A DNA stretch of 64,000 nucleotides. Source: Amoebidium appalachense. Taxonomy: Eukaryota; Protista; Ichthyosporea. This document shows, piece by piece, positions 44,565 through 57,613 of this stretch (positions are counted from its first letter, which is position 1; each line of letters begins with the position of its first letter). Under the pieces are notes generated by a model, which was not told where the DNA came from, made no database searches, and worked only from the letters and a program-made list of their open reading frames with translations. The position numbers were made by a program, and so were the translations under genes. Location: positions 744,001 to 808,000 of the forward strand of contig CAVNZM010000014.1 in the NCBI GenBank assembly GCA_963693365.1, read 5' to 3'.

Positions 44565-47379
44565 TGTGTGTGTGTGCGCGTGCGCTATAATTTTGTAGTG
44601 ATGTGTTTCTCAAGCCAATCAATACATCTAATAAACAGGTCGTAGTTACGCGTGTTTAGTATAAAATCAAGGATGTTGTAATTTACAGGTAGGCTATCTT
44701 TCTGGGTGTCTGTTGTGAATGTGACGTGTGTGTGTTGCGGTATTATGTGGTCTATCAAACTACATTTGGCGATACATGACCGGTTAAACTGGTGTGTGTG
44801 TGTGTTGTTTGGGCATGCAAATGATGCCACCTTATACTTATTAGATCTCCACTGTATAGCACGTGTACAGTAAAAGCGTGGTAATTGATCAATAATACCA
44901 TCAGCTAGAGAAAGACCAGTTCTACAGGAAGGTAATATGTATTTAGGTGTTATACACTTGCGAGTGCCATATTTGGCAATATGGTTGAGGCGGTCAGTAT
45001 ATATAAAACGAGACATAAGGCTTAGTTTTTCAAGGTGTATGCTTTCATCGGGTCTAGTGTCGTGTGGTATCTTTTTCCATTTGTTATATTGCGTGATTAT
45101 CTTGTGATTGTGTACATGTTTAATAAGTAAGTGGCAGTCCAAAGTCACACACACACTATTGCGGGGTTTATTTGTATTTGTGCCCAGGGGAGAAGGGGAG
45201 AGAGAGGGGAGGAAAGAGGGGAGAGGTGAGGAGGGGACAGGTCGGATAGAGAAGAGAGGGTGGGAGGGCAAATACTTCTTTAAGCGGCTTATGTGCTTAT
45301 TGAATTTCAGCGCGAGATAGGATACTCTAGCAGCTATTGGGACCAGACCATATATCGAGAGCGTTACAGGCCCAGGTTTACAACAGTTGTTAGATAGAAA
45401 GGAGGCAACTTCTGCTTCAAGGAAATTTGCCAAGGGTTTAAGCGCTCTAGTTCTCTCTTTCTTGATCCAAGCGGCGAGAAGGGGTAAACCATATTCACAT
45501 GCCGGGAAGACAAAAGTGCGAATAAATGTAAGTCTAATAGAAGGATGGAGGGGTGTGTCTTTAAAAATATTAGCCGAGAAGAAAGCTAACCGCTTACGAG
45601 CCAACTCTACCCTCTTTTCGACCATATGGGGAAACATAACACCAACAGAATCAACCGGAACACCAAGATATTTGTATTCTGGAACTATAGGTACAGGTTT
45701 AGATGATAATGTAAATGTGTGTAAATTGTTAGCTATATCAGGTACAAGAACACCACATTTGTCTATGTTAAGGATCATAAGGTTTGCCTTGCACCACTCT
45801 GACACTACATCGAACAATCTTTGCAGGCGTCTAGGGGTACGGGCAAGGAGGGACAGATCATCAGCATAGAGAAGTGCAGGCGGAAAGTTATTAATAGGGT
45901 CATCGTTTTCGGCGTAAATCTTGACAGCCAAATCATCTATAAATAGGTTAAACAAAAAGGGGCTAAGCAATGAACCCTGCAAGAGACCTCTAGTACGAGC
46001 AAAACCATATGAAAGATGCCCATTAACCACAGCTCTACCATAGGTTTGAGACAAGAGTGCTTCTAACAGAACACCAATGCAGTGTGGTACACCCCGTGCA
46101 GCAAGCTTTTCCCATAGGAGACCAGGGGAGACAGAATCGTAAGCAGTTTTCCAATCAATAAAGCCAACATATTGTGCACCAACTTGCATAGAATCGTGCA
46201 GTGCCATTATTTGAACATAACATGAATTGTTTTTACGAAAAGCGGATTGGCATGGGTGTATGTGAAGAATAGCTTGAAACCTAGGGTGATGTGCAAATAA
46301 CCTAAGTAAGCAAGCTTCAAAGAATCTACGAACAACCTGGGTTAGTGTAATGGGGCGAAAGGATGATATGGGGCCCTCAGAGTCCTTCTTAACTATGGGG
46401 ATCACTAAGGTATCTAACCAAGATGACGGGACATGTCCACATTTAACACACCAAGAAAAGAGAGAGCTTAACATGATAGTAAGATCAGGTTTAATAGCAC
46501 GATCACTTTCCTTTTGTGGGTAGGAGGGAACAAGGATTTTAAGAAACCCAGCAGGGAGTCCATCAGGTCCACAAGACTTACTAGAGCTATAACTAGATAT
46601 CACAGACCATATGGCATCGGGACTGAAAAAGGGGAGGATCGATTCTATGGGGATAGATGGGTCTACAGGCCACACAATAGGTTTCTGAGCGGGGGTCCTA
46701 TCTTTAAACAGTTCCGAGAAATACTTATCAGAGTCTATGAGGGGGTCTCCAGTGGTATCACCAATAATACGAGCAGGGGGGCCAAATCGATTCATACTAG
46801 CAAGCCGGCGCAAGCTTTCCTTTTGAGACAGGGGTTCACCTAGTCTAGCGGGAGTGGTGTTTGGTAACAAGAGAGCATCGGGATATTCCTTCCTACCACC
46901 GCCAGCATAATCACCGAGATCTATCAAATCATCAACAATAAAGTTAGTGCATGTATCTAGTACGAGATGTGAATCTGGCCTGGCTTGTGCAGATTCTAAT
47001 AGGCGATAGGGTGTTTCGTAGCATAGCATACACATACATCAACTCTACCCCACTGTGACTTAAGCTGGGATAGACGGAGGCGAAAGGTGGGAGGGGGAGG
47101 GGGGAGCAGATCAAGGGAGATCTTAGGTAGGAAAAGGATAGGAGAGTGGTCAGATGACCTAGAGAGGTTAGGAGGGAGAGAGAGTTTTGACATGGTTGAT
47201 GGCCAAAAGGCCACTCCCCAGTCGGTGTTGTGGGCATGGGATATTTGAGGGAACCGCAAAGTGTGACTTTGGACATACCTTGCTAAAGGGATAGCACGCT
47301 CCGGGGGCTTAGATGGGTACCCGACACTCACTTGCAGTGTGTCTGTGTGGTGGAGTCGCGTGTTAAAATCACCTAAAAT
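44229..47379 (-). mobile_element. 3.15-kb 5'-truncated family A copy (partial EN, intact 816-aa RT ORF at 44585-47035)
   Basis: The RT translation is identical to 24236-26686, with the same EN/RT frame break and the same GTAAACCCC terminus. Confidence 0.97.
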
Positions 47380-47432
47380 GTTAAACACCTAAATACACAT
47401 TGCCTTCCTGTAGATCTGGTCTTTCTCTAGCT
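47376..47432 (+). mobile_element. Other half of the old degenerate family A fragment
   Basis: aacacctaaatacacattgccttcctgtagatctggtctttctctagct resembles 26320-26368. It begins with AAATGTTAAA, the reverse complement of TTTAACATTT at 27092-27101. Confidence 0.8.
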
Positions 47433-47939
47433 TACTAAATCATTGACATGTTACCCCTCCTTTACTTATCCGAAGCAACAAATTGGTTGGGAGTGGGGAC
47501 TGAGAGTTTCAGAGGCGCTCGGGGTGGGGCGAGTGGGAGAATTTGTGGGGGGAGAGGGGGCGGGGGCAGGGGCCCCGGGGGGCCCCGGGGGGGGGGGGGG
47601 GGGGGGGGGGGAAGAGGGGAGGGGGGGGGATGACCACCCCTATTGTCTGCTTGGGGAGGCGGGCCACCCCCTCCCCCTCCCCCTCCCCCCCCCCCCCCTC
47701 CCCCCTCCCCCCAAGGCATGGGAGGGCAAGGAGGAATGCAACTGTGCTTCAGGACCTCCTTGCCTCCTCTGCCCCCCCCTCTCAATGCAAAAATTCCTGA
47801 TCATCCTAGAGGGATTCCAGCACGTGGGTCAATTGAGTGAAACGTGTGTGCGCACGCACACACACACACACACGCGTGCGCGCGCGCGCACAAAACTGTC
47901 GGTAAAAAATAAAATAAAAAAAAGGGTCGCGCGCACGCA

Positions 47940-48745
47940 CATATCAGATGAGGAGATACTATACAAAAACAAAAGTGGAAAAAGAAAATGCAAGTGGAAA
48001 AGAACCCACACAAAATTACTGGCATTGTTAAATTGCGGGCATGCACAAGCGTCCCTTCTTCACCCCAACTCCCGGACAGCCACATAACTGATTTAGGGCC
48101 AAACACATTTTCGCTATCCCAAAGGAGATATGCCGAAATTGTGTCTTGGCCCCAGATATGTGCCTCCGGTGGATGAATGGCATGGGCAGCAGAAAGAACT
48201 CACACGAAGCAACACACAAATGCGCACAAATAAAAAACAAATGCGTGCAAAACAACCAGCGGTTCTCCAGATCAGTACGTGTACTTTGTGTTGCTTTTCA
48301 TAGACCATTTGGTTGGCAAACACTAATATTAACCGTCACAATCTATTGTTTCCTTTGCACTCCTCTATGATCTGATTGGCTGCTTCTGATTGGCCAATCA
48401 CTGCCATTGCCTGTGGTCCGAGAGGAGACAGTCATGTTAGGTGCTGCTGCTAAGAAACAGATGGGATGGGGGGGGGAGGCGGGTGGGTTGGGGGGGGGGG
48501 GGGGGGGGGGAGGAGGGGGGGGGATAAGTACTCTATAGATGTTCATGCTCTTAGCACCTCAGAGGGTTTTCTCCTTTGTCTGATGAAGGGCTTTGGAGGT
48601 AGGGACGAGGAAACCGGGCGGGGGGGAGGGGGGGAGTGGAGAGGGGGGGGAAGGGGGGAAAGAGGGGGGAGGGGGGAGAGGCAGAAGGACCCACCTTAAT
48701 AATATTTCTCAGGCAGAGGTTGGCTTTTTGTTGCACTTCCAAATC
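47940..48745 (-). pseudogene. Partial diverged duplicate of the 3' exons of the unknown gene at ~52860-53750
   Basis: 48046-48240 resembles 52940-53135, 48350-48460 resembles 53280-53385, and 48680-48740 resembles 53690-53750. Confidence 0.7.
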
Positions 48746-48807
48746 CCTTTTGCTGTGGGGAGGGTGCGGGGGGGGGGGGGGGGGGGGGGAGGGGGGATTG
48801 CCTAAAC

Positions 48808-48900
48808 GAAATAGGTTATGTAAATGATTGACTAAAAGAAATAGGTTATGTAAAAGATTGACTAAAAGAAATAGGTTGTGTAAAAGATTGACTAAAAGAA
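48808..48900. repeat. 3 x 30 bp tandem repeat
   Basis: gaaataggttatgtaaa(t/a)gattgactaaaa is repeated head-to-tail. Confidence 0.85.
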
Positions 48901-48979
48901 CCCAGACCACCCTCAAGTGAGCAGGAGGGGCTAGGAGATGGGTGGAGGGCCAGGGAAACGGTTCAACAAAGTGTTTTTT

Positions 48980-49010
<31 letters not shown>

Positions 49011-49404
49011 GGAGGGGGGGGTCTCTTGGTAAGGGGGGGCGGGGGGGTCTTGGTGGGGGGGGGGGGGGGGGGGTGTCTTGGTAGGACTCACACCTGATAC
49101 CTGAGACTGGCATTGACTGCACAATCAATGCAATTTATTACCAGTTTTGGTTGAAAAAGTTTCCAACGAGCATTATTTTATTAAAAGCTTTTGAATATGT
49201 ATGACATAGGCATATATCTGCAGCAGGCCGACTAATGTTCACATGCCTTTAGTATCTTGTACATGGATCAGGACAATTTTATCCATTGGAATGTGCCCTT
49301 TTGGATACATCAAGACTGGTACCTCGAGCTCACGCTTGGCCAGTGGCCACCACCACTGCAGAGACGCTTTCTGTTTTTTTTGAACTGAGGCTGTGACACA
49401 CACC

Positions 49405-49848
49405 ATGCAGCGCCTAGTTTGTGTTTTGGCTATTGGCCTGCTGTGCGGCGGTAGCATAGCCAGGACGCATGCGCCCCGCTCGCTGGGCACCTATGAGATT
49501 GACATGCATGCAAAGGGTACCGCTGGCTCGAGGGCGAAGTGTGCACGAGACTCCGACTGCCCAGGCAGGTACGTGTGTGCGAGCACGGGCCACCGTAGGG
49601 GCAACATCTGCATGAAAGTGGTCGAAAAGGCCGGCAAAGGAGGAGAGTGTGGGGATGATTCTGATTGTGAAGGCGATTTGCTGTGCAACCGTTTCACTGG
49701 GAGATGCGAAAGGGACATATATGGCAAGGCCGGCGGCCGTGGAGATGTGTGCCAGACTTATTCTGACTGTTATATAGGCTTAACGTGCCTCTTTGGAAGG
49801 AGCGAAAACCCCTACTCGATCAAAAAAAGAGAGGGTGTGGTGTGTTAG
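49405..49848 (+). CDS. Intronless small secreted Cys-rich protein (147 aa) with three C-x4-DC-x5-C-xn-C modules
   Basis: Signal-peptide-like MQRLVCVLAIGLLCGGSIA, then repeats CARDSDCPGRYVC, CGDDSDCEGDLLC and CQTYSDCYIGLTC. Confidence 0.75.
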   Translation: MQRLVCVLAIGLLCGGSIARTHAPRSLGTYEIDMHAKGTAGSRAKCARDSDCPGRYVCASTGHRRGNICMKVVEKAGKGGECGDDSDCEGDLLCNRFTGRCERDIYGKAGGRGDVCQTYSDCYIGLTCLFGRSENPYSIKKREGVVC

Positions 49849-50149
49849 CTTAGCTGATTGCACCATTTGCACCCTAACTAGGGTACAGTCGGTGCTGTGT
49901 GGAAGACGGAAGTTCTCATAAGGGCCCCCCAGGGGGGTCCCTCCGGGAACAAAACGGGATAAAAAATAATTAAAAAACATTCATAAAGTTAATGGTGGCA
50001 TTGCGCCAGTCGGAACCCCAAACACAAATGCGTGGACAGACAGTGTGATAGCCACACAGGTGGATAGCATGTGTCTCGTGATATTTACACACGTGGTTTT
50101 ACCATGTAACAATGCCCATTTGCATATACCTATTTGCACACACGGATGT

Positions 50150-50372
50150 GCTGTGTGATATTGTACATTGGGATATACCCTGTGATAATGCACACGTTTT
50201 TGCCTCGAGTAAACAGCGTAAACCCCACGTAGATATACCGTGTAATAATGCACACGTAGATATACCGTGTAATAATGCACACGTAGATATACCGCGTAAT
50301 AATGCACACGTAGATATACCGTGTAATAATGCACACGTAGATATACCGTGTGATAATGCACATTTAGATATA
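50150..50372. repeat. 27-bp minisatellite (CACGTAGATATACCGTGTAATAATGCA), ~5 good units plus degenerate flanking units
   Basis: Head-to-tail units from 50226, interrupted at 50199-50226 by a family A 3' terminus. Confidence 0.9.
50199..50226 (+). mobile_element. 28-bp extreme 5'-truncated family A insertion
   Basis: TTTGCCTCGAGTAAACAGCGTAAACCCC is identical to 27062-27089 and is flanked by CACGT on both sides. Confidence 0.85.
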
Positions 50373-50599
50373 GTATGTGACATTTGCACGTGCATGTACC
50401 TTGTGATGTTTACGCACGTGGGTATACCGTGTGATATTTGGGCTTAGGGCTGTAGATATATCTACAGTCAACGTCGGTAAATAGTTCGTATTGGTTGCCT
50501 GTGGTACTGCAAATGCACCACACACGGGTTAGCCATAAATGTACACACAGTTAATAAATCACCGTAACCCCTGTGTCTTATCCTTGTATACATACACTA

Positions 50600-50747
50600 T
50601 TATTAGTGGTTGAATTTCAGCCCCCCTCCCCCCCTCCCCCCTCCCCCCCCCCCCCCCCTCCCTTGGGTCCATCTTAGTAACCTTCAGGACAGCTCTGGGG
50701 TGAAGGAAGATAACGGGTTACACCACACCGGACAAAAAAAAAAAAAG

Positions 50748-50778
<31 letters not shown>

Positions 50779-51145
50779 GGGGGGGGGAGAGGGGAGGGGA
50801 GTTGGGGGGGGGGGGGGGAGAAGGGGGGGGGGGGGGGGAGGGCTGGGTAGTGGGGGGCTACCCAATCACCCGGATACGGTGCTGCCATAGTCAATAAATC
50901 ATAATGGCCTGTGCATTCTTCATGTGATTGAAACCATCGGCACCCGCACGATCATGCAGCTGCAGGGTGCATCCTTCATAATGCCATAATGTAGACATAG
51001 CACGTGTTTTTTTTAAATCACAGTATCTCTGTGCCTTATCCACTGTATTTACACAAACACTGTTGGAAGTGGATGGATTACCCCCCCCCCCCCCACTCCC
51101 CCCACACCCTTCACCTCCACCTACTTCTCTGTTTATTGTGTGTGT

Positions 51146-51176
<31 letters not shown>

Positions 51177-51479
51177 GGGGGTTCACCTGAGTAACATCAG
51201 GTTAGCTCGGGGGTGAAGGGAAGGAGGGGGGAAGGGGGGGGGTGGGTGGGGGAGGACTGCACAACACCGGCCAAAAAATAAAAAAAGGTGTGTGTTTGTT
51301 TGGGGGAGGGAGGGGGGAGGAGGAGGGAGGAGGGGGTGGAGGGGTACCCAATGTACCGGGTACCGTGCTGCCATAGTCAAGAAATCATCATGGTCTGTGC
51401 ATTCGTCATATCATGTAAACGTATTGGCACCCGCACGATCATGATGCAGCATGCATACTTCATCCCTACACTTGACTCG

Positions 51480-51512
<33 letters not shown>

Positions 51513-52288
51513 CCACCCCCCTACCCCCCTACCCCCCATCCCCTGGCCGGACCCCCAGGTCTCACCTCAGATCTAAAATCTCCCTGCAGCCTGCCACATT
51601 GAGATCGAGACTGACTTGTTTCTCACTCAACTCATTCATACGTGTGTCCCCCGGGGCTCCCCCCCCCCCCCCCCCCCCCCCCTTCCCCCCGCCTCTTCTC
51701 AAACCTTTACTCCCGCTCCCCCCTCCTCCCCACTGCCCCCTCCCCTCCCCCCCTCCCCCTCCCCCCACATGATCCTCCCCTCCCCCTCCCCCCTCCCCCC
51801 CTTCCCCCGCCTCAAAGGGGGAGGGGGAGGGGGAGGGGGAGGGGGAGGCAGCACAACCCCACCGGGCTTGTCTGTGGGGTCCTATGACTACCCGGCTGCC
51901 GAAGAAGGAGGGGAAGTGAAGGAAGGAGGGGGGAGGGGGAGGGGGGGGGGGGAGGGGGGGAGGGGGGGGGGGAGGGAGGGGCAGGGGAACCCATTGCCAC
52001 CCCTACTGTTAGCATGTGTAGCTGCCAACTCTCTTCCCTCGAGATCCCTCCTCCGACGGAAGGGAAGGAGAGAAGGAGGGAATGAAGTTCAATGTCCTAC
52101 TCCGGCCCTTCCTCCCCTGCCCTCCTTCTCCCTTCCCCCTTCCCCTTTGGCCCTCTTCCAGGTTCAATTGGTTTTAAGACTTCTGACTGATCTCGAAAAG
52201 ATTATAGCCAGTTAGGTCAAGGCAGGCACGCGCACACGCACAAGGAGGGCACACACACATGCACATGTATGCGCCCATGCCACCGTAA

Positions 52289-52321
<33 letters not shown>

Positions 52322-52361
52322 ACACACACGCACACACACACGCACGCACGCACACACACAC

Positions 52362-52420
<59 letters not shown>

Positions 52421-52725
52421 CGGTACATGTGCAAGTCATAGCATGGCACATTGAATATTCGAACGTTTATACTACGACTTTATCGGCACGGTGGCCCTGC
52501 CAATCACCATTCCACTACACAAACACTTTATAGTTCGTTGTTGTTTTGGGTTATCACATTATATCAGCAAAGTTCCTTGATAGCAAATATTTATGGGCGA
52601 AAAAGTCGATGTCTGTCACATGCTTGTGTTTCCATGTGTTTTTGTGTTTTTTCAATTTACCAAGAGCTTCCAGGTCATGCTTTGGTCCGAGATGAGAGGT
52701 GTAGTTACTTGTGCTACTCGACCTC

Positions 52726-52773
<48 letters not shown>

Positions 52774-54217
52774 ACACACACACACGCAAAAAAAAAACAA
52801 AAAAAAAACAAAAAAAAACCGCACACCTACACACATGAAAAGGCGAGATAAAAGGAAAAACAAAAATGGAAAATGGATTAAAAGAGATGGAAAAGAAACA
52901 CAACAAAATGAAGTGTGTGTTTGTGTATTGCAGGCATGTACACGCGTCCTTCCTCCACCCCCAACTCCCGGACAGTCACATAACTGAGTAAGACTAAGGC
53001 ACAGGTTCGTTATCTCACAGGAGATATACCGAAATTGTGTCTTGGCCCCAGATATGTGCCTCCGGTAGATGAATGGCGTAGGCAGCAGAAAGGACTCACA
53101 CGAAGCAACAAAACAAATGCGCACAATAAAAAACAAAACAACAACACAAACACACATTAGAGGTGAACAATGAACTCAAGATATAAAAATACTGAACCTA
53201 TGGTCAATACATCTATTGCCAACTATTGAAGTCCATGCCGATAAAAGTATCCCAAACACTAGCCGCCACAATCCATTTTCTTTGCACTCCTCTCGTCATC
53301 TGATTGGCTGCTGCGGATTGGCCAATCACTGCCATTGCCTGTGGTCAGAGAGGAGACAGTCAGTAAGGTGCTGCTGCTAAGAAGAAAAGGGATGGGGGGG
53401 CGGGGGGAGGGGGGAGGAGGGTGGACGATGGAGGTGGCAGTAGGGGGAAAACTCGAAGAAGTTTCTTTCTTGTCGCCTTTGGGGGTGTTGTGGGCGGGAC
53501 GGGGTGGGGAATCTTCGAAGATTCGTGAGGTTGAAAAAGGGAGGGAGGGGTGAGGAGGGGGGGGGGGAGGGGGGGGAGGGGGGGGGGGGGGAGGGGAGGG
53601 AAATGGGTGACATAGGTAAGGGCAGGGACAGGGGGAAGGCAGGAGGACCCACCTTAACTATAAGGCAGAAGGACCCACCTTAACTATAAGGCAGAAGGAC
53701 CCACCTTAACTATATCTCTCAGGCAGAGGTTGGCTTTCTGTTGTGCTTCCGAATTCTGCTGCTGTGGGCTGGGGACGAGGGGGGGGGGGGGGGGGGGGAA
53801 GAGGGGGGGGGGGGGGGAAGGGGGAGAGGGAGGGGGGGGGGGGGAGAGAGGAGGGGAGAGGGGGGGGGGGGGGGGGAGTGGGGTGTTAGGTTTTGCAGGT
53901 GTGGCGTTAAGTCTGGAGTCAGAAATAGCACACGAGAAGTGACATGATTTTCAGGACGTGCAGAGAAACACACAAGAACTGGTGGGCTGGGCGTTAGGGT
54001 GTGAATGGTGGATAGCAAAACTATCGCACACAGAAGTGAAGATCTCTGAAGACGTTGGTGTGTTGATGTTGATTGGAAGAGATTGGAAGAGCCCAGAAAA
54101 ATCTCAAGTCGCAGGAAAGGGAATATAGTCAAAGGGCAGTACCACGAAGGCCAAATGTTTTTGAAAGGGGGAGAAAAAATGCAATTGACCAACTCTCTCT
54201 TTGAGCTGAAGAAAAAT

Positions 54218-54248
<31 letters not shown>

Positions 54249-54503
54249 TCCGACCTTTTTTTTTTGGGGGGGGTTTAAGTTTTTATTATTACTATTTTCT
54301 AATTTTCTTGTTTTTATTTATTTATTTCAAAAGTTTAATAATACGTTATTTATTTATTTATTTGCTTATTTATTTATTTTTCGGGGGGGGGGGGGGGGGG
54401 GTAGCTTACGCGATGGTGCGGCCAGCGATGGTATTGGTGTCTGCCTGGGCAGCAAAAAGGTTGGGCCTGCAGACACAGATAGGTGAGTGCATGCATGCAC
54501 GGC

Positions 54504-54534
<31 letters not shown>

Positions 54535-54867
54535 TGAAAGGCAGGCAGGTGTGCTTCAAGCGACTGGGTGTGTGCTTGGGTGGTGGGGAGAGAGGTATAG
54601 CGGTCAGGGGAGAAGGGGGTGAGGGCGGGTTAGAAGCAGTTGGAGCTACAGTAACGTCGGAGGCGGGGGAGGGGGAGGGGGAGGGGGGTGGACATACTCT
54701 GTGGCCATGTGGACCAGGAATGCGTCTATCTCTGCCTGGTCTGCAGGGCGAAAACATGACCCAAGCGGCAAACCGAATTAATGGAGGGGGCTCATGGTCG
54801 GCGCAGTGGGCCTGCAGAGGAAAGGGGAAGGGGGGGGGGGGGGGGGGTCAGTTTCTTTATTTCTTTC

Positions 54868-54923
<56 letters not shown>

Positions 54924-56310
54924 GGGCAGGATAAAGAGAAGAAGGGGGAGCAACAGTATAAATCGTCAGTAAGTCACGGGTTTTATCAAATGAACAAACT
55001 AGCTTGCTGCTGAAAACAAAGTGACCGAGTAGTGCTGCTGTATGTGGGGGAGGCGGAGGGGGGAGGGGGAGGGGGGGGGGGGAGGAGGGGAAGAAAGGGA
55101 GTGCGGGGATGATGAGGCAAGAGGGAAGGCCTCCCGGGGGTTGGGGGGGGGGGTTCAATCACTTACGCAGACTTTGGCTGCCTGTCATTGGCCTCCATCT
55201 CGGCCACAAGGTCATTCAAAAGGGCATCAATGTCTATGCTGTCAACACCCAAATTGGCATCCTTGGGGGGGTTCATGGACTGTGCCTGGGGCCTGCAGAT
55301 GAAAAATATGATGAAAGGATGTGAGCAGAGGGTGAGTGTGTTGGGAGAGGACAGGTACCAGGGTTGGGAGAGGAAGGAATGAGCCAAGCCGGGGGAAGAG
55401 GGGGGGTGGGTGGTGGTGGTGGTGGTGGGGGGGGGGGGGGGGGGGGGGGTCGATCACGTAAATTATCAGTGAGTGTGCTATGAAAATAACCCCTTAGGAT
55501 TGCTGCAGAATCAAAACCAACAAAGAAGAGTGGGTGGGGGATGGGGGATGGGGGGGGGGGGGGGGGGGGAGAGTGTGGGATTATCTGCTGGAGGAAGAAG
55601 GGGGGAGAGGTTGGGGGAGGGGGCTCAGATGACTCACATTTGCTGTGTGCTGGCCACGGCATCATCCATGTCGGCCAAAATGGCAGCCAACTCGTCCCCA
55701 CAGACCGAATTGACAATCTCAAGCACAGAACCGTACAGCGTGGCGTCCATGGCCGGTATGCTGGGCCTGTGGGTGGGGGGGGAGGAGGGGGTGAGGATGG
55801 GGGTGGGGGGAGGGGGGGGGGGGTAAGAGGGTGAGCATAGGGTGGGGGACTGAAGGACGAATAAAACTACAGGTATTCGGGGAGGGGATGGGGGGGGGAG
55901 GGTATGTTTATTATTCAATGTATATTTTCCTGATTTTTCCTACTCGAGGGGTGGGGGATGTTGCCTTCTTGTGTCTTCTTTTTCTTCGAAAAATTGCACT
56001 CTTCTCTCTTGTGCGTGCTCTCTTTTTGTGTGTGTGTGGGGGGGGGGGGAGGGGGGGAGGGGGGAGGGGGGGGGGGAGGTAGGGGGGGAGCCGTGGGGGG
56101 TGGGGGGGGGGAGGGGGGGGGATTAAGGTGGCTGGGATAACACTGGGAGACATACTCGGCTGTGGGCAGACCGAGACCGTGGGGGGGGGGGGGGGGGGGG
56201 GTTAAGGTGGCTGGGATAACACTGGGAGACATACTCGGCTGTGGGCAGACCGAGACCGAGGGGCTTGACCGGCAAGAAGGTGGATGACACACTCGGCCAG
56301 GTGTAGGCCC

Positions 56311-56344
<34 letters not shown>

Positions 56345-56710
56345 TGTGCGTGCGCGCGCGCGCGCGTGTGTGTATGTGTGTGTGTGTGTGTGTGTGTGCG
56401 TGTGTGTTTGGGGGGGGGGGGGGGGGGGGGGGGGTAGGGAAGGGGGGAGAGGGGGGGGGGGGGGGAAGGGGGTGGGAGGGGGGTGATTCGTGTGTCCAAG
56501 GGCATCTGCCCCCGGGGGGGGGGGGGGGGGAGGGGGGGAGGGGGGGAAGAAAAAGGGGATAGATGTGTCAGTACTCGAGCCATGTAGAAGCCATGTTTCA
56601 CAAGGTCAACGTTTTTCCTTTTTTTTCAACGCCTTCTATTTTTGAGTATTTTTGTGCTCCTTATGCGCTTCCTTTCCCATAGTATGATTTTGTGTGCTTT
56701 TCCTGTTCTC

Positions 56711-56773
<63 letters not shown>

Positions 56774-56802
56774 GTGGTGGTGGTGGTGGTGGTGGTGGTG
56801 GT

Positions 56803-56835
<33 letters not shown>

Positions 56836-57570
56836 GGGGGGGAGGGGGGAGGGGGGGGAGGAGAAGAGGGGGGGGGGGGGGGGGGGGGCATATCAAGGGG
56901 AGCACATACTCTGTGTCCATGGCCGTGGGCTCGGCTGGCTGATGGGTTTGGGGAGCCATGACGTCACCATAGCTGGGGGGATCCATGTCCATAGTCGTAT
57001 CTTCGTCCTGCCCAAATGTGGTGTCCATCGGAGTGATCTGATTGGTGCACGCCGCGACCTGTCCCACCACACTGCCTGCCTGCCCATACTTGAACGAATC
57101 TTCGTTCATGGCGGTGGTCTCCCCATACCCGCCCATGGTGCTTGTTGGTTGGATTTGCAATATTTCGATTGAAGCAGAGTGTTCGGCGGGTTGGCGTGCA
57201 GGGCAGTCATAGGCGGAAGGGAGCATAGGGGGGTACATTTGGGTCTCCCCTTGCACATGCTCATTCACATTGCCCTCCTTTGGCATGCCCTCGTTTCTGA
57301 TTGGCTCAATCTCCACCGTGACGTCACTTGGGGGCCTTAATCTCGCTGTTGGCGGAGGGAAGGGAGTCCGTGGGTGTCTCCTTCTCGGCAACGTTCACCC
57401 CACACTCGACCTCGATTCTGATTGGCTCGTTCTCAACCGTGACGTCAACAGGGGCCTCGGGCAGAATTTGGTGGCAGATGGAGCCGAGAGGGGACAGGTC
57501 TAGGGGGAGCTGCTGGTTGCACTCAATAGGTTCTTGTTGCATCCACTTGCCGTCGTCATAGGGGAGAGGG

Positions 57571-57613
<43 letters not shown>

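Noticed and set aside
49097-49110. 14-nt match (ATACCTGAGACTGG) to the family A 3' UTR
   Set aside because: There is no extension, terminus or TSD, so it is compatible with chance.
50150-50372. CRISPR-like array (27-bp repeats with one spacer-like insert); also 18636-18753
   Set aside because: The units are head-to-tail without spacers, the single insert is a LINE terminus, and there are no cas genes in this eukaryotic context.
57324-57340. Frameshift within a large exon of the unknown gene
   Set aside because: It falls in a G5 run. Removing one base restores [13 protein letters not shown], matching the internal repeat [13 protein letters not shown], so it is most likely a homopolymer sequencing error.
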